Part shown: positions 36,521 through 51,866 of the stretch, in pieces
Layout: each line of letters starts with the position of its first letter
How positions within the stretch are numbered: position 1 is the stretch's first letter
Source: Basidiobolus meristosporus CBS 931.73
Lineage: Eukaryota > Fungi > Basidiobolomycota
Reading direction: 5' to 3'
DNA: 64,000 bases
NCBI GenBank assembly: GCA_002104905.1
Contig: MCFE01000460.1
Coordinates: 1 to 64,000 of the forward strand
The notes under the pieces: model-generated
The model's database searches: none
What the model saw: the letters and a program-made list of their open reading frames with translations, nothing else
Told to the model about the DNA's origin: nothing
Translations under genes and position numbers: made by a program

Positions 36521-37592
36521 CTTGACTCCAGCTGATTACAAATCTCTCGCTCTTACCAGTCATGATTCCTGATGTATGATTACATCAATGGTACTGTTGC
36601 ATCAGCCAGCGAATCATGATCTAAGATTGCCAAGAAACAAGGTGCTCAGGGAGGTGTCTTAAATCTACCACCAGGAAACTACGGCGTCCGCCTGGGAGTT
36701 GGTTGCCATCGCTGTAGCGCAGAGACAGCGAAAGTGAGTGATCCGATCAGCGCTCTACCCAACTGAGATGGATCGGATCGTGTGGGTCTGGATCTTCGGC
36801 GGCCTGGATGCTTGGCACAACAAGGTCAAGAAAGACAGATTCCGATTCATGAATCTAATAGCTCTCATGCGGTACATAATGTAGGCCTTCATCAATTCAC
36901 AAATATGGTCGTGCTATTTGGTGTTTATTACCTGCATGAGCATGTGGATCTGCTAGCTTCTAATCTCCATGGGCGTGTAAATCCGCCACCCTAACCAAAC
37001 CCACAGCATCCCATTCACACACAAGTCCGATCATTGCTCGGCAAACAAGAATCGCAGGCTAGCAAACATCCCACAGCCTCGGCCTTCCGTGATGGCTTCG
37101 TTACCCACCAAGGCGTGGAATTATGCTCCTGGTGTTGTCCTGATTGATTCACTCTGGTGTTAGCTGAGCCAGGAAGTAGGTTTCGAGATCAATATATGCT
37201 GGTGTCACACACCTTCATTTGTCGTGTTCAGTAGGAATCAATATATTTACATCATCAATGATGGATAAGGAAACCCATTAATGCCCAAAATGCACATTAA
37301 AAGGGGAGTACGCTCGTGCATTCGGAGCTTGTCAATCCCTCGTGAACACTCTTCTGAACTGGCTGAGTCAACGTGTTTTTTTGCTTGGACAGGCTCCCAT
37401 TCTATCGCTAACAGTGAATATTTAAATACTCTGAGTGCTAAACTCTTGCTGCTCTTAACAAGCCATATTCGATCTTCTCACCTTTGATTCGCACAGCCCC
37501 ACCCCTTAGCTTAGGCCCAACGTCGCTTCCCTTTTTTCCTGCTTAGTAGCCCACCACAGAGCAAGTTCAAATCATTCCAAGAGAGACTAGCC

Positions 37593-38903
37593 ATGGAGGT
37601 AGGAAGCCCATCAAGCCTTCGCACCCCCGTCACCAAGAAAGCTACTTTGAAGGGCACATTGCATCTTTGGTGGGAGGTTCTCATTGACCACCAGATAGGT
37701 AAGGCGTCCTGTATCTCTCATATTTTCAGACGCAACCTAACCAGACTCTACAGAGTTCCCACTGATCGTCATTCTGGGGATCATCATCGGAGATATCCTG
37801 CGTATCCCCTTGGCTGCCAAATTTCTTAGGATCCAGTATCGGGTGCCTGGCGACGAGGGCCTCTATGCAAGCGGCATGGATGATCTGTATTTTGTGTTCT
37901 TCTGGGTGAACGTGTTCACTTTCCTACGTGCCTCCGTCATGGAGTATGTGCTGAAGCCTGTAGCCAAGCACGGCGGGATTCGTAGTAGCCGTTCCCAACA
38001 GCGGTTTCTGGAGCAGAGTTGGCTATTCTTATACTACACGATCTCATGGTCCATCGGATTAGTAAGTAGACTCCTTTGCACGGTAGCGACCTGCCGCGCG
38101 CATTCCAAACTAACGCGATTCAGTATATAATCTATAACAGCCCGTACTGGAAGAACACCGCCCACTTCTGGATTCATTACCCGCACAAAACCGTCCCTCA
38201 TCTGTCGAAATGGTATTACCTGGTTCAGACTGGGTTCTGGCTGCAGCAATTCTTCGTCTTGCATGCGGAGAAGAAGCGGAGCGACTACCCGCAAATGGTT
38301 GTCCATCATGTGGTGACCAGCTTGTTAATTACCCTGTCGTACATGACCTACTTCACCCGCATTGGAACGTCGGTGCTGTGTATTATGGACTCTGCGGATA
38401 TCGTTTTGTCGGTAAGTCGGTGATTCTCGAAGCAAGGACACACTGGACTCTCTAATAATCGATTGACACTACCTCCCCCTAGCTGGCGAAATGTCTCCGG
38501 TATATGAAGTTCCAAAAAGCATGCGACTACGTCTTTGGCAGTTTTGTACTTGTCTGGGCCTACACACGGCACTACCTATGCCTGAAAATCATGTGGAGTA
38601 TCTGGAAAGAGGTCGACCTCTATTTGCAGGTTGATTGCAAGCCTTCCCAAGGGAGGTTCCAATGCCGCGAGTTGCAGTACTTCTTCATCGGCCTCTTCGC
38701 GGTTCTCCAGATATTGATGATCATCTGGTTCGGTCAAATTTTGAAAGTGATCTGGAGAGTGCTTACTGGTGCGAACGCTGCGGATTGTCGAAGTGATTCT
38801 GAAAGGTTGGTTGGTTTTGTTTGGCCGATGGCTCGTACGCTTTCCTGCATATCTCTAAACCGTTCGAATTTGTAGTGAACAACTGAAACACAAGCAGGCA
38901 TGA
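37593..38903 (+). CDS. LAG1: Ceramide synthase (TLC/Lag1 domain), 5 exons
   Basis: GMDDLYFVFFW, RFLEQSW, KWYYLVQTGFWLQQ, EKKRSDYPQMVVHHVVT (Lag1 motif with paired His), MDSADIVLS|LAKCLRY, DCRSDSE. C-terminal KHKQA is a KxKxx ER-retrieval signal. The LAG1/LAC1 paralog cannot be resolved. Confidence 0.94.
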
Positions 38904-40874
38904 AGCTTTTGGAGGGGTTTCTCGCATCCTAAACATCGATTATTTACTGTACTCACCATGTATATATATCGCATCTGTTCGTTTTAACCTTATTTAATCA
39001 TATGTCTATCACATAAAATCAGTCAACCCTAGAATAGTCCCCCTCCTCTGTATTAACACCTCTAACCACAGAAAATAAAGAACAGCTTGTCCAGTATCTG
39101 TACAGTGTGTTGGGCCTTTAGGGGGCGAGTGCTCCTAGCTACCGGAGGTTAATTCTCCCGACCCATTTATCCCGTGCTGACCATCCGGATGAAGTTGTGC
39201 ATTCGACCCGCCTGCCTCGTGGACTGCCAATGATGTGATTAACCTTTGGAAATTAAGGTAATAGCCGTTGATTTTCAGCGCAACATCAACTTCACTCATT
39301 CCCACTTTTCGCATCGAATGTGTTACCTTCGATTCACGTGAGAATACCAGTTGAAGCCTTCCTAGCCATGTGCCAAGATTAAATCGATCATCAATCAGAT
39401 CATTGGCTTGGTATTATGGCCAACCATTGAGGTAAGAGTGACAAGAAACGTGAGTATGAAGTCATTACTACCATCCGTGGCAAACCAAAGGATCGATCGT
39501 TCTGGTGTATCTTTCAATAATCTGTGCAATGTAGCAGTATTCTGTTGGAAACTTGGGCTTCGAGCAACAATACTATCACATCACTCATAGCACACTTTAG
39601 TAAGCGTGAGTATTTCCACACCTAGTCGTCATTGTTGGATAAATGTTACGGAAATGCCGCGTTTATTGATAACTCAGCGCCTGCATATCAGCTGAGGATC
39701 TGGGCCAGCAGATCTCTAAAACGCACCTGATATTCGAACCCTGGCCCAAGAATTGAAGATAGTTGGATAGAGCCCTTGCGTTTCGGCGATCCTTGATGTT
39801 GATTCGAAAGAAGTTGGTTTTTCATGTGCTAGTATATTGAGCGGGAATAGAATATATGTAGCGTAGACGATGACCCCAACATCAAATATGAACGGACTAG
39901 GTGTGTGCAATGTTTCCATCTTCGTAATGGTCTAATGATACTGAAGGATCACTAAGCTCTTGTTCAGCAAATCGGCCTAACATATGGTGCATATATATCA
40001 ACGAGCCGCGGCAATATTGGTTATTTGTGATGATGAGCAGGGTAGATTTTGGGAGCACTCCGAAAATTCTATTTTCCAGTATTTTATCTATTCTTCAGTA
40101 TTGTCAAATGCGACGATCCTCAGAGCTTGAGCTCTACACGGGATATTCCTACCCAATCACTACAATATCATCAGCACTTGTATGGAAAAGATATGAATAC
40201 CATCGAACCGTCCAAGAGAAATCCAATTTAAAATTTCTGATGGTAGCCTCAATCAGGATATATTTATACCAGATGAGTTGGTGTGGTTCTTAACTATTTT
40301 GTGTGTACTTCGTGTAAAGTTGATGCCAGAACAATGCCTTGATGGTAATAAGGAACCCCCCCCCAATACTTAGGCAACCAGAATTAGGGCTCTGTGGTAT
40401 TTTGGCAATGTTAGATGATGGCATGGTTTGTTACCAGATTTTATAAGGATCTTGGTTGTGATAGGAAGAACCAGAAGATCATGTGGTATTCACCTAATAA
40501 TTCATTGAATGCAAAAGTGGTATTTATACTCTACAAATTCTTGGCAAACAAGCGTACAAAAATACCCTATGAAAAATCTCAAACTTGGAATTCATCTGAT
40601 TTTCAGCTGGTATTCTGCTGCTATTCTAGTGGTATTTTGCTGGTATTCAGATGGTATTTTTCCTTCACATTTTTAGTTGCAATTTTTGGTGGAAGTAGGA
40701 AGCAGCTGATTACCAAATTTAGTATGAATGTTAGTTGGCCTAGTCTACTACTGGAAAATATGTCTGCTTGTCTGCCCAGCAGCTAGTACCTGCGATATTC
40801 AGAGCTGTCAATTTTAAGATACTTGGGATTCAGCTGATGTTATGATGGTATTCTGCTGGCTTTTTCTTGATTTT

Positions 40875-41060
40875 TTCTTAGGGATATGTCTAGGAAAGTC
40901 CCAATAACGTGGGTACAAGGCTTGGGGCGTTTTGGACAGCTTTGAGAAATATCGCATTCCTAGTATCAAACGTCTTGGTAAAAAAATGATTGGTAGATCC
41001 CAACAGAGAATTCGGTTAGGAAATAGTACAGGTTGTAAAATAGGATCTAAATTGCAAAGC
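40875..41060 (-). repeat. Ancient diverged LTR remnant
   Basis: ggaaagtcccaataacgtgggtacaaggcttggggcgttttggacagctttgagaa...gatcccaaca aligns to the LTR reverse complement ggaaggtcccaagaacatgtgtgcaaagtttggggctgtttggacaactttgagaa...aatcccaaca. Confidence 0.5.
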
Positions 41061-43219
41061 TACAATAAATATACGAATTCAAACCATCATTTTCCATGCA
41101 GTTCAATGGAGTAGAGGGAAAGGACTGACTTGTTAGGGTATTCCGAGAACAAGTCGAGTAATATGGCATGAGTGCATACTTTATCTTTTCAATAACTTTG
41201 CAACTCAAGGGAACAAGCCAAATTAAGTACAACGTGAGATTTTGGTCCAGACAAAAGAATGTACACGTAGTTTTTATGAAGGCATTTAATACTATTCACA
41301 GATATGCTTCTTGAACCATTCTCTCTCCATTGGTTAGTCAACTAGTTGGATATTCCTCTTAGACATCCAGGGTAAAACATACACCATCACTTCATTACAT
41401 TCAATACATAGATTTAGACACTGGGGGATGAGTGGGCATATACATAGAAAGATGATTGAAAGCGTTTAGAGCCATGAGAAAGCCTGATTTCCACTTGATT
41501 AGGTTCACTTGGTTGAAATATAGTACTTGTGCATTTGTGAGACATTGCAGAAGCAACATTCAGAGAGTTTTGAAGTGGATTTCAGGAACTTCAGCAAGGA
41601 TGCATTATTGGGGATCAACTGGACAAGTATAGGATGTCAGAAATTTCCGGAACTAGAGTTTGTTCTGGACTAAACCATATTATCTAATATCATAATGTTC
41701 TAGTCGTTAGCCAAGAGACGCATCATACTGTGTGAACAATCATAGTGCTGAACTAGTAAATGGCAACAATCCATTGGTAAGAATGTTTGCTTGGTGGGAA
41801 TACCGGCATTCTTGCCTGACGAATTTGCGGATCAGAAATCAATGTCGGATGATCCAGAAACAATATTTGAGATCATGAATCGGAGCATGCTTTGTGAACT
41901 GGTATTTTCAATGAGGTTACCTAAAGGCACTCCACCACAGTTGCAACACACCACACGCTACGGTGCTGGAACAGAGTCCCCCACTGTTCCTGATTCCCCT
42001 GGGCTGGAATTCTTCATATGATATAAACCCAAGGTCAGTGGAATTTGTCATGTCAGAGGCTCGTCGAATGCTCCAGGGACTCCGGAAAACTAGGAGGTGG
42101 GGAGGGGTATACAGAACTAACGTGTAGAAGAGAGATTTGTTGAACGTGACCAGTTTGCCACCACAAGGACTGGGCTGATTTGAATCCCATTTTGAGGCTT
42201 CGCCAGAGAGTGATCAGATGATCCTTGACTGCAGGTTGGCTCACCATTAGGATTGAGTCCAACCAAAGCATCGATATCGGTTTCTCCACCTTTGATAGTA
42301 TGACATCATATGTGGGCCATGTAGCGACCAAACAAAAGGTAACCTAGTGTATCAGCTACCCAGAATGTGAATCAATCCCTACCCACTGAAGCGCTACGAT
42401 GCGACCATTTTTGTGGTGGAGAAATCGATTAGAATTTTGGCGAACGTTGGTGCGCCGCCATTACGCGTAAGCTTCGAGAGGCTTCCAAAGCATTACAATT
42501 CCTCCTACGGCTGGTGCATGGCCTAAAGCCCAACTCCTTCACCAAACCCCATCCAGCCCCCTTACGATGACCCACTCGACATGCAGACATGTGAGGAAAT
42601 ACCGTCTGGATCTTGGGTGAATGGAGTTGGCTGAATGCATCCCTAATCAAGGGAATGAACAACCACCCGGCATCGTAAATCCCAAATAGCGACTCACCAC
42701 GAGGCCCATCTAAGGTCAACCGTCAATGGAATTGACAGTTCCCAGACTGTCGTGACATCTGCACCTGTGTGAGCATGGCGGTTCCGGGCTCCACCAGATC
42801 CATCGTGGTGAATGCAGGTGGCGGATACGGAATTTCACCACCTCCAAACTAGGCGCATGATCCCATAGGGGATGATGGTTTCGATGCCTCTAATCTATAT
42901 TGAGGCAAGCGAAAGTAGCACCACGTCGACACTACCCTTGCCTCTAGGAGCTCTTACCACTTTTGGCCTAAGCGACCAGGATGCAAGATCGATGCAAGAT
43001 AGCATGCGGTGTGTCAGCCACACCGATCTATTCGGGAAACGGATCACTGATGATGGATATGGATTTACTAGTCACGGTCTAAACGAAAAATTTTAATCTT
43101 CGGGAGTTCCATTAGGGTTGACTATACTATAGGATGCTACGCAAAGGTTGAATTCTACAAGCTACCACTGATGAATGAAAGTGCAGGGTGGAATGGTATT
43201 AGAAGGGTGTTTGATGTAG

Positions 43220-44463
43220 TTAAAAGTCAATTCTTTGTCCGATCACTGGAAGGATATAGTTCACTCCCAAGTCATTGGTGGCTTTCAGCTCGCGCTCAAT
43301 AGTAAGACGAACGTTGTTGGTGGTGTTGGTGATATCTGGCTTGGTGTGGGTAATGACCACATTCAATCCTCGGAGGGGATTCCTTCCGCCAACGAGGCCG
43401 GCCAATACAAGGAGCTCTTCACGGATGTAGACTGGGGTGAGATGACCGAAGAGGAGGTTGCCTGGGCGAGAAGAAGTGTAGGAGGATTCAATGAAGATAG
43501 CACGTAGTTTTTTGCTGCGAACAAGAGGAGCGGCATGCTTCCACACATCAATAATGCGAGGTAGGGGACCAATGGAGTCTGGTCCAACATCGCCAAAGTA
43601 AATAGCCTCGTCTCCGTTGGCATCATTTCGAATGAAGAAAGCAGTGGAATTGAGTGGTGCTGGTCCGACAGTTCCATGAGTAACAGGGAATGCTGTAGTA
43701 GACATGTTGTTGGGCAAAGGATAGTACTTGCTGTTATCAATAGTCTGATAAGTATATTGCTTAATAGCATAACTGCCTTGGTCACCCATATTAGGCCAGG
43801 CATAGTTGTTGAACACGTTGCTAGGGTTGAAAATTACGGGTCAATAACGGACAGAATAACAATTCTAATGCGAGAAACTTACTTGATGATACTGGATGTA
43901 GTATCATTGATACCGTAAATCGTCTTGCCGCCCTTGTCACCGGCAGTACCAATAACAAATCCACTCATATGATCCAAGTGGCCATGAGAGAACATATAGC
44001 CTTTGATATGGTCACGCATCAATGTACCAGCTGCCACAATGCAGTCCTGGTCAGCATAGGTGCATACAGGGGCGTTAGCGATGCGGCGGAACGCGCCACG
44101 TTCGTAACCCTTTTGGATACCGTGCATTAGGGTTCCAGCTTCAACTGCCATCCAGCCATCGGATGAAGAACCTGCGTAAGGCTTGAATAGGTAACCACTA
44201 ATGTCACTCTCCACTGGACCACCCTCAGAACCAAGCACAACAACTGTGAAACTTGGTTTTAATCCTGAGTAAGCGAGTGGGTCTACCTCGTCAACATCAC
44301 GTTTCAAAAAGTGATTGTTTTCGTGGACTTCGGTCGTGGAGTCAAACACGCCAGCCACATAAAGGAGTCCGGCACCTAGCAGGACATTCATTGCAATACT
44401 GGCAGTGGAGAATGAGAACCATTTGCCACTGCGTTTGGAGGCTCGGGTGTTGGTAGGAAGCAT
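43220..44463 (-). CDS. Class II (metallo-beta-lactamase fold) 3',5'-cyclic nucleotide phosphodiesterase with N-terminal signal anchor, 2 exons
   Basis: FTVVVLGSEGGP, EAGT, FSHGHLDHMSG, VFNNYAWPN, FGDVGPD, AIFIESSY, LFGHLTP and ITHTKP motifs. Intron 43821-43882 (62 nt, GT-AG). ATG at 44463. Confidence 0.93.
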
Positions 44464-45804
44464 GTCAATAATGTTTGTTGGCGTCAGTACCAAGCGCGAT
44501 AGATAGAGGCACTTCAGCGGAATGTGGATTAAGGTTGATTCAAGTTCAGCTCGAATATATATGGAAGCCGGGGTCGATTATCAGTATGTTGATCTGTCTC
44601 GACAAACTATAGGTGGGTTGCTATGCTGAAACCTAGCAAATGAACAGTCCCCAAACCTTGGCAAGAATTGGTTCTCGATGCATGTAAATAACAATGAAAT
44701 GATCTTTGTGCCTGAGAATTCCCTAGATTGTTGATCTACCTTCCTTTTTTAGTAATAGGTCTGTACTGTTGATGATTTGTTGCAACTACGCAGTAGTGAG
44801 GAAAAGGGAATTATATATAAAAGTAGATGAATAGTATCAACAAAGATACATAAATGCTTGAAATAACCAGGCAAGATGACTCAAGTTGTCAAAGTAGAGA
44901 TGGAGCAAGTTGCACGTCTTCTCGATCATCGATGAATTGGAAATTCTGTGTAGCGTACGGAATGGTGGATACGTTTTCAGGTCGGTTTTCAAGCATATGC
45001 GGTGCTTCAGGATAACACCACCTTCCATATTCCACCGAGTTTTCCTGAATACCATCAGTCCGTTGTTCACCAATGGACCCTTTCGGACATATAATGTGAC
45101 CATCATCTGTGGAAACTAGGGCGTCGAATAAAATGGCTGGGATCTCAGTGTAAACTATCATTCAAGTTTTGCATAATCACTGGAATTCCACTTTCACCAG
45201 ACAAGTCACTCAACATTGCAAATCGCCACTATGATGAATCACGTATTAACTCTATTGGCTTTACAAAGTGGACAACGGCTGGAGGGTGATAGTTTTTCAA
45301 CGGTAGCCTTAAGTAAATGGCAACTCTCATAACTTCTCGAGCAGCTATGATTCCTATCGGTGTTCCAGGTTCCATCATTCACGCATATATATCCACGTTG
45401 ATTTTTTAAATGTAACATTTTTTTGGATTGAACATTTAAATCTCACTACTAGATGGTATCTTTTTTCATATCGTTGGAGCGCATCCAGACATCAGCGTTT
45501 AAGAGTTCGTTCTCATTTATAGTATCGTGGATCCATCTGCCAACTTCATTAGCCAATCATCAATGTGTATTATATCTATCTTGTGTAACCAGCGGTGGTA
45601 CCTTCGGATCTTCAATCCCAAGTAGTACACATTCCTGATTTTCCTCATGTCACTAGACTGGTAAACACTTCCCGAAAGATACCATCAACTGGAATATGGA
45701 TATTCATTCGGATAGCATATGCGGCTATTATGGTGAACTCTATACAGTTGGTTGTTTATGAATGAGGCAACAGAATACAGGGGAATAGCTGAACAGGAAC
45801 CATA

Positions 45805-47180
45805 TTAATAATAATAATCGAAATCATAAGGCTCATAATAGGAGTCACATGATGCAGCCAGGTCTACTGATGCGGTATCGGACATGCGTCGATTGTATTC
45901 AACCATTCTAAGATGCTCAGTGTATTCATCGTAATCCGTACCGTCAAACTCTTCCTCTGACGCAGTGATGAAAGGATGTTTGAGTGTCTCGATTGCGCTG
46001 GGCCGTGCTTCGGGATCCGTGGCTAACATGGATTTTAATAGGTCGGCAGCATGGTATATGATCTCTGGATACAGTTTTTGCTCACGGTTGAGCAACAGTT
46101 CCTCCAATGATTCACAAATCATTTCCGTAGTTTGTGCTCTGACCAAATTACTACCAAGGTAATTGAGCTGACAATCTGGAAGGTAGGCCTCAAGCATTTC
46201 CCCAAACAAAATTCCTGCACTATACATATCTGGTTTTGTTCCTTCCGCATTCCCTTCGTACACTTCTGGGGCAATGTATCCTGGCGTACCACAGGGCTCA
46301 TGGGGTTGACCAGAGCAACGACTACACAACCCAAAATCGATGACAACTAGGTGTCCTTCTTGATCTACCATGAGGTTAGCCGGTGTTAGATCCATATGAA
46401 CAATGCCATCTTTGTGCAAGCCCTCAAGAGCCTAGATATATCGATTAGTGAGTGCTTGTGTTTAGGTAATCACAGCCGTACTTCGCCTACCTCCAGTAAA
46501 TCTCGGATCAACCTTTGAATGTCGCGTAGGTTGCGCCTTCCAATCTCCAGGTCTTTTAGTTTGGGAAGTACTATTACAAGTTGACCTTTGTCGTCAAGGT
46601 AGCTATCCTCTATGTGGACTACATGTGGGATGTGACTCACTTGCTGGAGGACTTCGATTTCTTTTTCGGCTAGTTGGCGAGAGGGTACGGTCTTGAAAAC
46701 CACTGGAAAGCAATCAACCAAACGCACACCAAATTCGATTAAGGATAGCTCAGTCTACATATGGGTGTACTGGTTAGACCTGACATGCTGTCGTGAAATC
46801 AATGATAATCTTACCGAAAGCTTTCTAATATTATCATTAACTAAGTATTTTTTCTGATCACGACATGGGAAACGTTCGCAGGGTGCTTTGTATACGTAAT
46901 CATTATCATCTGTACACTTTTGGTCTTCGGGAGAACTTGATTCTTCTTGATTGCATATGATCGGTGAGACTGGCAAATTGGTAGAAGTAGAACGGGAGTG
47001 AGCAAGCTTATGTCGGAGGTTGCGGAAGAGTTTTCGAGAGCTTCTAGGCGACTTTTCAACACTTTGATGGGTGGTAGTGAATTTCTCCTCCGAGAGAGTT
47101 TTCGAGCGACATAGCGGTGGCCTTTCTATACTCGGCATTCCATGGAAGGAGGGGAGATGTATGGACAAGTGACGCAGCAT
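45805..47180 (-). CDS. Atypical protein kinase-fold protein, 3 exons
   Basis: VVFK, EKEIEVL, HMDLTPAN, VIDFG, CGTPGYIAPE, DMYSAG and DPEARPSA. A 60-nt intron (gtaaga...ctaac...tag) removes the apparent stop at 46755; a second intron lies near 46430-46490. Confidence 0.88.
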
Positions 47181-49585
47181 TGTGGTTGACCTGAGGTTTA
47201 TTATGTGGATAGGAGATTGCGATCGACCTGATGGTAAACAAATCAACGGAGATAACAGGGCGGAGAGGTGGGCGAAAGTAGCTTTTATACTAGTAAATGG
47301 TAAACGCGGGCAGCTGCAGGCCGAAAGTTATGAAGTTTGAGTTGTAGATCGTAGGCGAAATAAATAAAGGTTGATGAAACGAAGCGTGGAGATGGGGAAT
47401 GAGCCAGGAAGTTTGGTTGAAACTCTTTGATATGCAGAAGCAGGCCGAAAATTCGTATATCAAACCTGGTGCTGGTAGGGACAATGAGTTGCGATTATGT
47501 AGTGTTTCATACTCGCTCAGCCGATGGGTACTTATATATTTGGGAAGGTGGAGTAGTTTGTATTGATAGGTACACTCGAAATCACCAAATCAGTATAACA
47601 TCAGTCAACCTAATTGGCTATCCATCAACATGAATGATTGTTAAACCTCCCAATGGCTGTTGGATGGTGTCTGGGACCCAACATGCGAAATTATAATATG
47701 AATCCATTAATTACTCATAAGTATCTGGCGATAAGGTCTTGGATTTTGATTAGCCGCAATAGGGTTTATTGTGAAGAATCAAAGAAACCTGAATGCCCCT
47801 GCAAGGGATGAAGATCACACCAATCGCGAACTTTAAATTTTGTAATTCACTATATATCAGAATGAAACCAATCTTCATTTATGGTTACATATCCAGCCAT
47901 TACCTAATGTTATTTATAGATACAGGCTTCACTGTGTATTGCATGATGCTACCTCATTCCACGAACGGGCAATTCGAAATTTCCGAGACATTAATTCCTT
48001 GCATGGTATTCAGCACCCCAAGATGTGTATCGATGTGTTGATTGAACATATGTATCAGAATTAGTGAGTGCATGCGTATCGGTAATCCAATACGGAACAC
48101 AGAATAAGCATGATCTGATGTGCGGCAAATATGTTAATTAGACGCAATACCAATGTTAATGTTTCGATGCTCCTTGAGTTGTTTTTCCTATCCTCCTGTA
48201 TGCATGATGACGTCTATTTAATGATGAAGATAAGGCATTTATATATTTATGTTTGCTACCAAGTATTTGCACACAGGTAAGCTGATACACATTTCAAGCC
48301 TATTTTTATGGCTCAAGGTCAAGCGTGGTTGCTACACTATGGATGCTATCACCTGGAGAACGAAATGAAATCATCAAGGCTAAATTCGTCTTGAATCAAG
48401 TGTTGGGGGTGTAACATTATAGCATTGGCTAAGTTCACACCTTCCAGGGTCCATTTATGTCAAGAGCGGCATCGCTTTAGTCCATATGAAACCAAGGCTC
48501 GTAACCAGTAGACATTACATCTAACTAGAACAATCATTTCCCTGTAGGCTCTTAAAATTCCATAGTGTTGGTTACCCTCAGTCAAATGTGACATCAATCG
48601 CGCATTAAAAATAGGCGTCTCAAACAATTTATAGATGTATATATACAAAATTCACAGGATCTAGCGTTCATTGCCTAAATTGGTCCTTATAGGTAGCATT
48701 GGTGAACTACTATGGCTCATGTGCCCCAGATATTGCCATTCAAGTAATGATCTTCAAGCGGCAGTACCGTATGGGACGCAAAGGTTGAGCGTGAATTGTA
48801 TTTCAAGTGCAGGTCATATGAATCATACTTTGATTGGGATTCAACACAGGCAACGTATCAATAACGAAGCTGAGAAACTCAGCCTTCCTTTGTTTGGTGT
48901 ATGGATTGAGGAGTCAATGATATCATTCTTGCAAAATCTTCATCGATGGTTATCGAATAAGACGAATGACTGCCAACTGTCAAACTGAGTATGATGTTAA
49001 TATCGGTGAACTAGAGGCATGTGATGTGCATTCGATGAATAGCAGAGAGCCATCCATTCTCATGTGTGGTTTCGACAACTCAACAATGACCTAATTAGAC
49101 ATGTGGTCTTTACCTTTTAGAGATGGTTCTAGACTCCATTGACTATGATGGTAAACAATAGTGTGATCACTTTGATTAATGAATCTAGATGGTTTATAGT
49201 TACACGTCACTACTTTTTCTGCACAATCAACCCTTCAATTCATATCTCAAATTAGTAGAAATTGGAGCCTAGCTTCCACCATGTAAAGTGATTCTGCTCA
49301 TTCACTAGTATATTAATGAATTGTATCAAGCAGATATTTTAAGCGTGGTTTTACACTCTAGTTGCTTAAATTCATGCAATCCGGCATAGGAGGCACCAAT
49401 CCAAAATTCAATGACTCAATAGCAACTACAGGCGGAATTCGGGTTTGAAAAATCTCCAATTGATTCATTGTATGGTTTGTTGTTTGATGATAGCCAAGAA
49501 AAATCAAGCAGTGTAGTGCTTATATTTTTCTTAGCCTTGGGGACGGTCTTGTCTATATATCAACATAACAAAGGGATCGTCAGCC

Positions 49586-51451
<1,866 letters not shown>

Positions 51452-51866
51452 TCTCGCCCGTGTCCTTTTGTTGTGTGGTACTGATTGGTATCAATGTGTT
51501 GAGAACTATTAAATGTCCCCCCGTAAATGAAAGAAGTTGGCCATCATTTCGACCTGCTAAGGGTAGAAGATTATTGCCCTATATATACAATTACACATTT
51601 TTTGCCCCAATAATGTTGTACCTGCCTTCTTGTAAGCTATAATAAATCATTTATTCGAGGGGTGCCCACTTGCAAATGATGTTGGTATAGAGTAACAATG
51701 AAATGCCATGTAAAGCATGCAGTTCGCTGAGTCATTGATAATTGGAAGGGATTTGGACGAACGGTTAGGATGATGTAATAAATTACGCAATTATCTAAGG
51801 CATTTGAGAATAAAACTAATAATAAGACAAATATACATGGTCCAAAAAACGCGCAACTATAAGTAC

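Noticed and set aside
46755-46757. Apparent premature stop in the kinase gene
   Set aside because: It lies at the 3' end of a 60-nt GT-AG intron with a CTAAC branch site, and splicing restores the frame.
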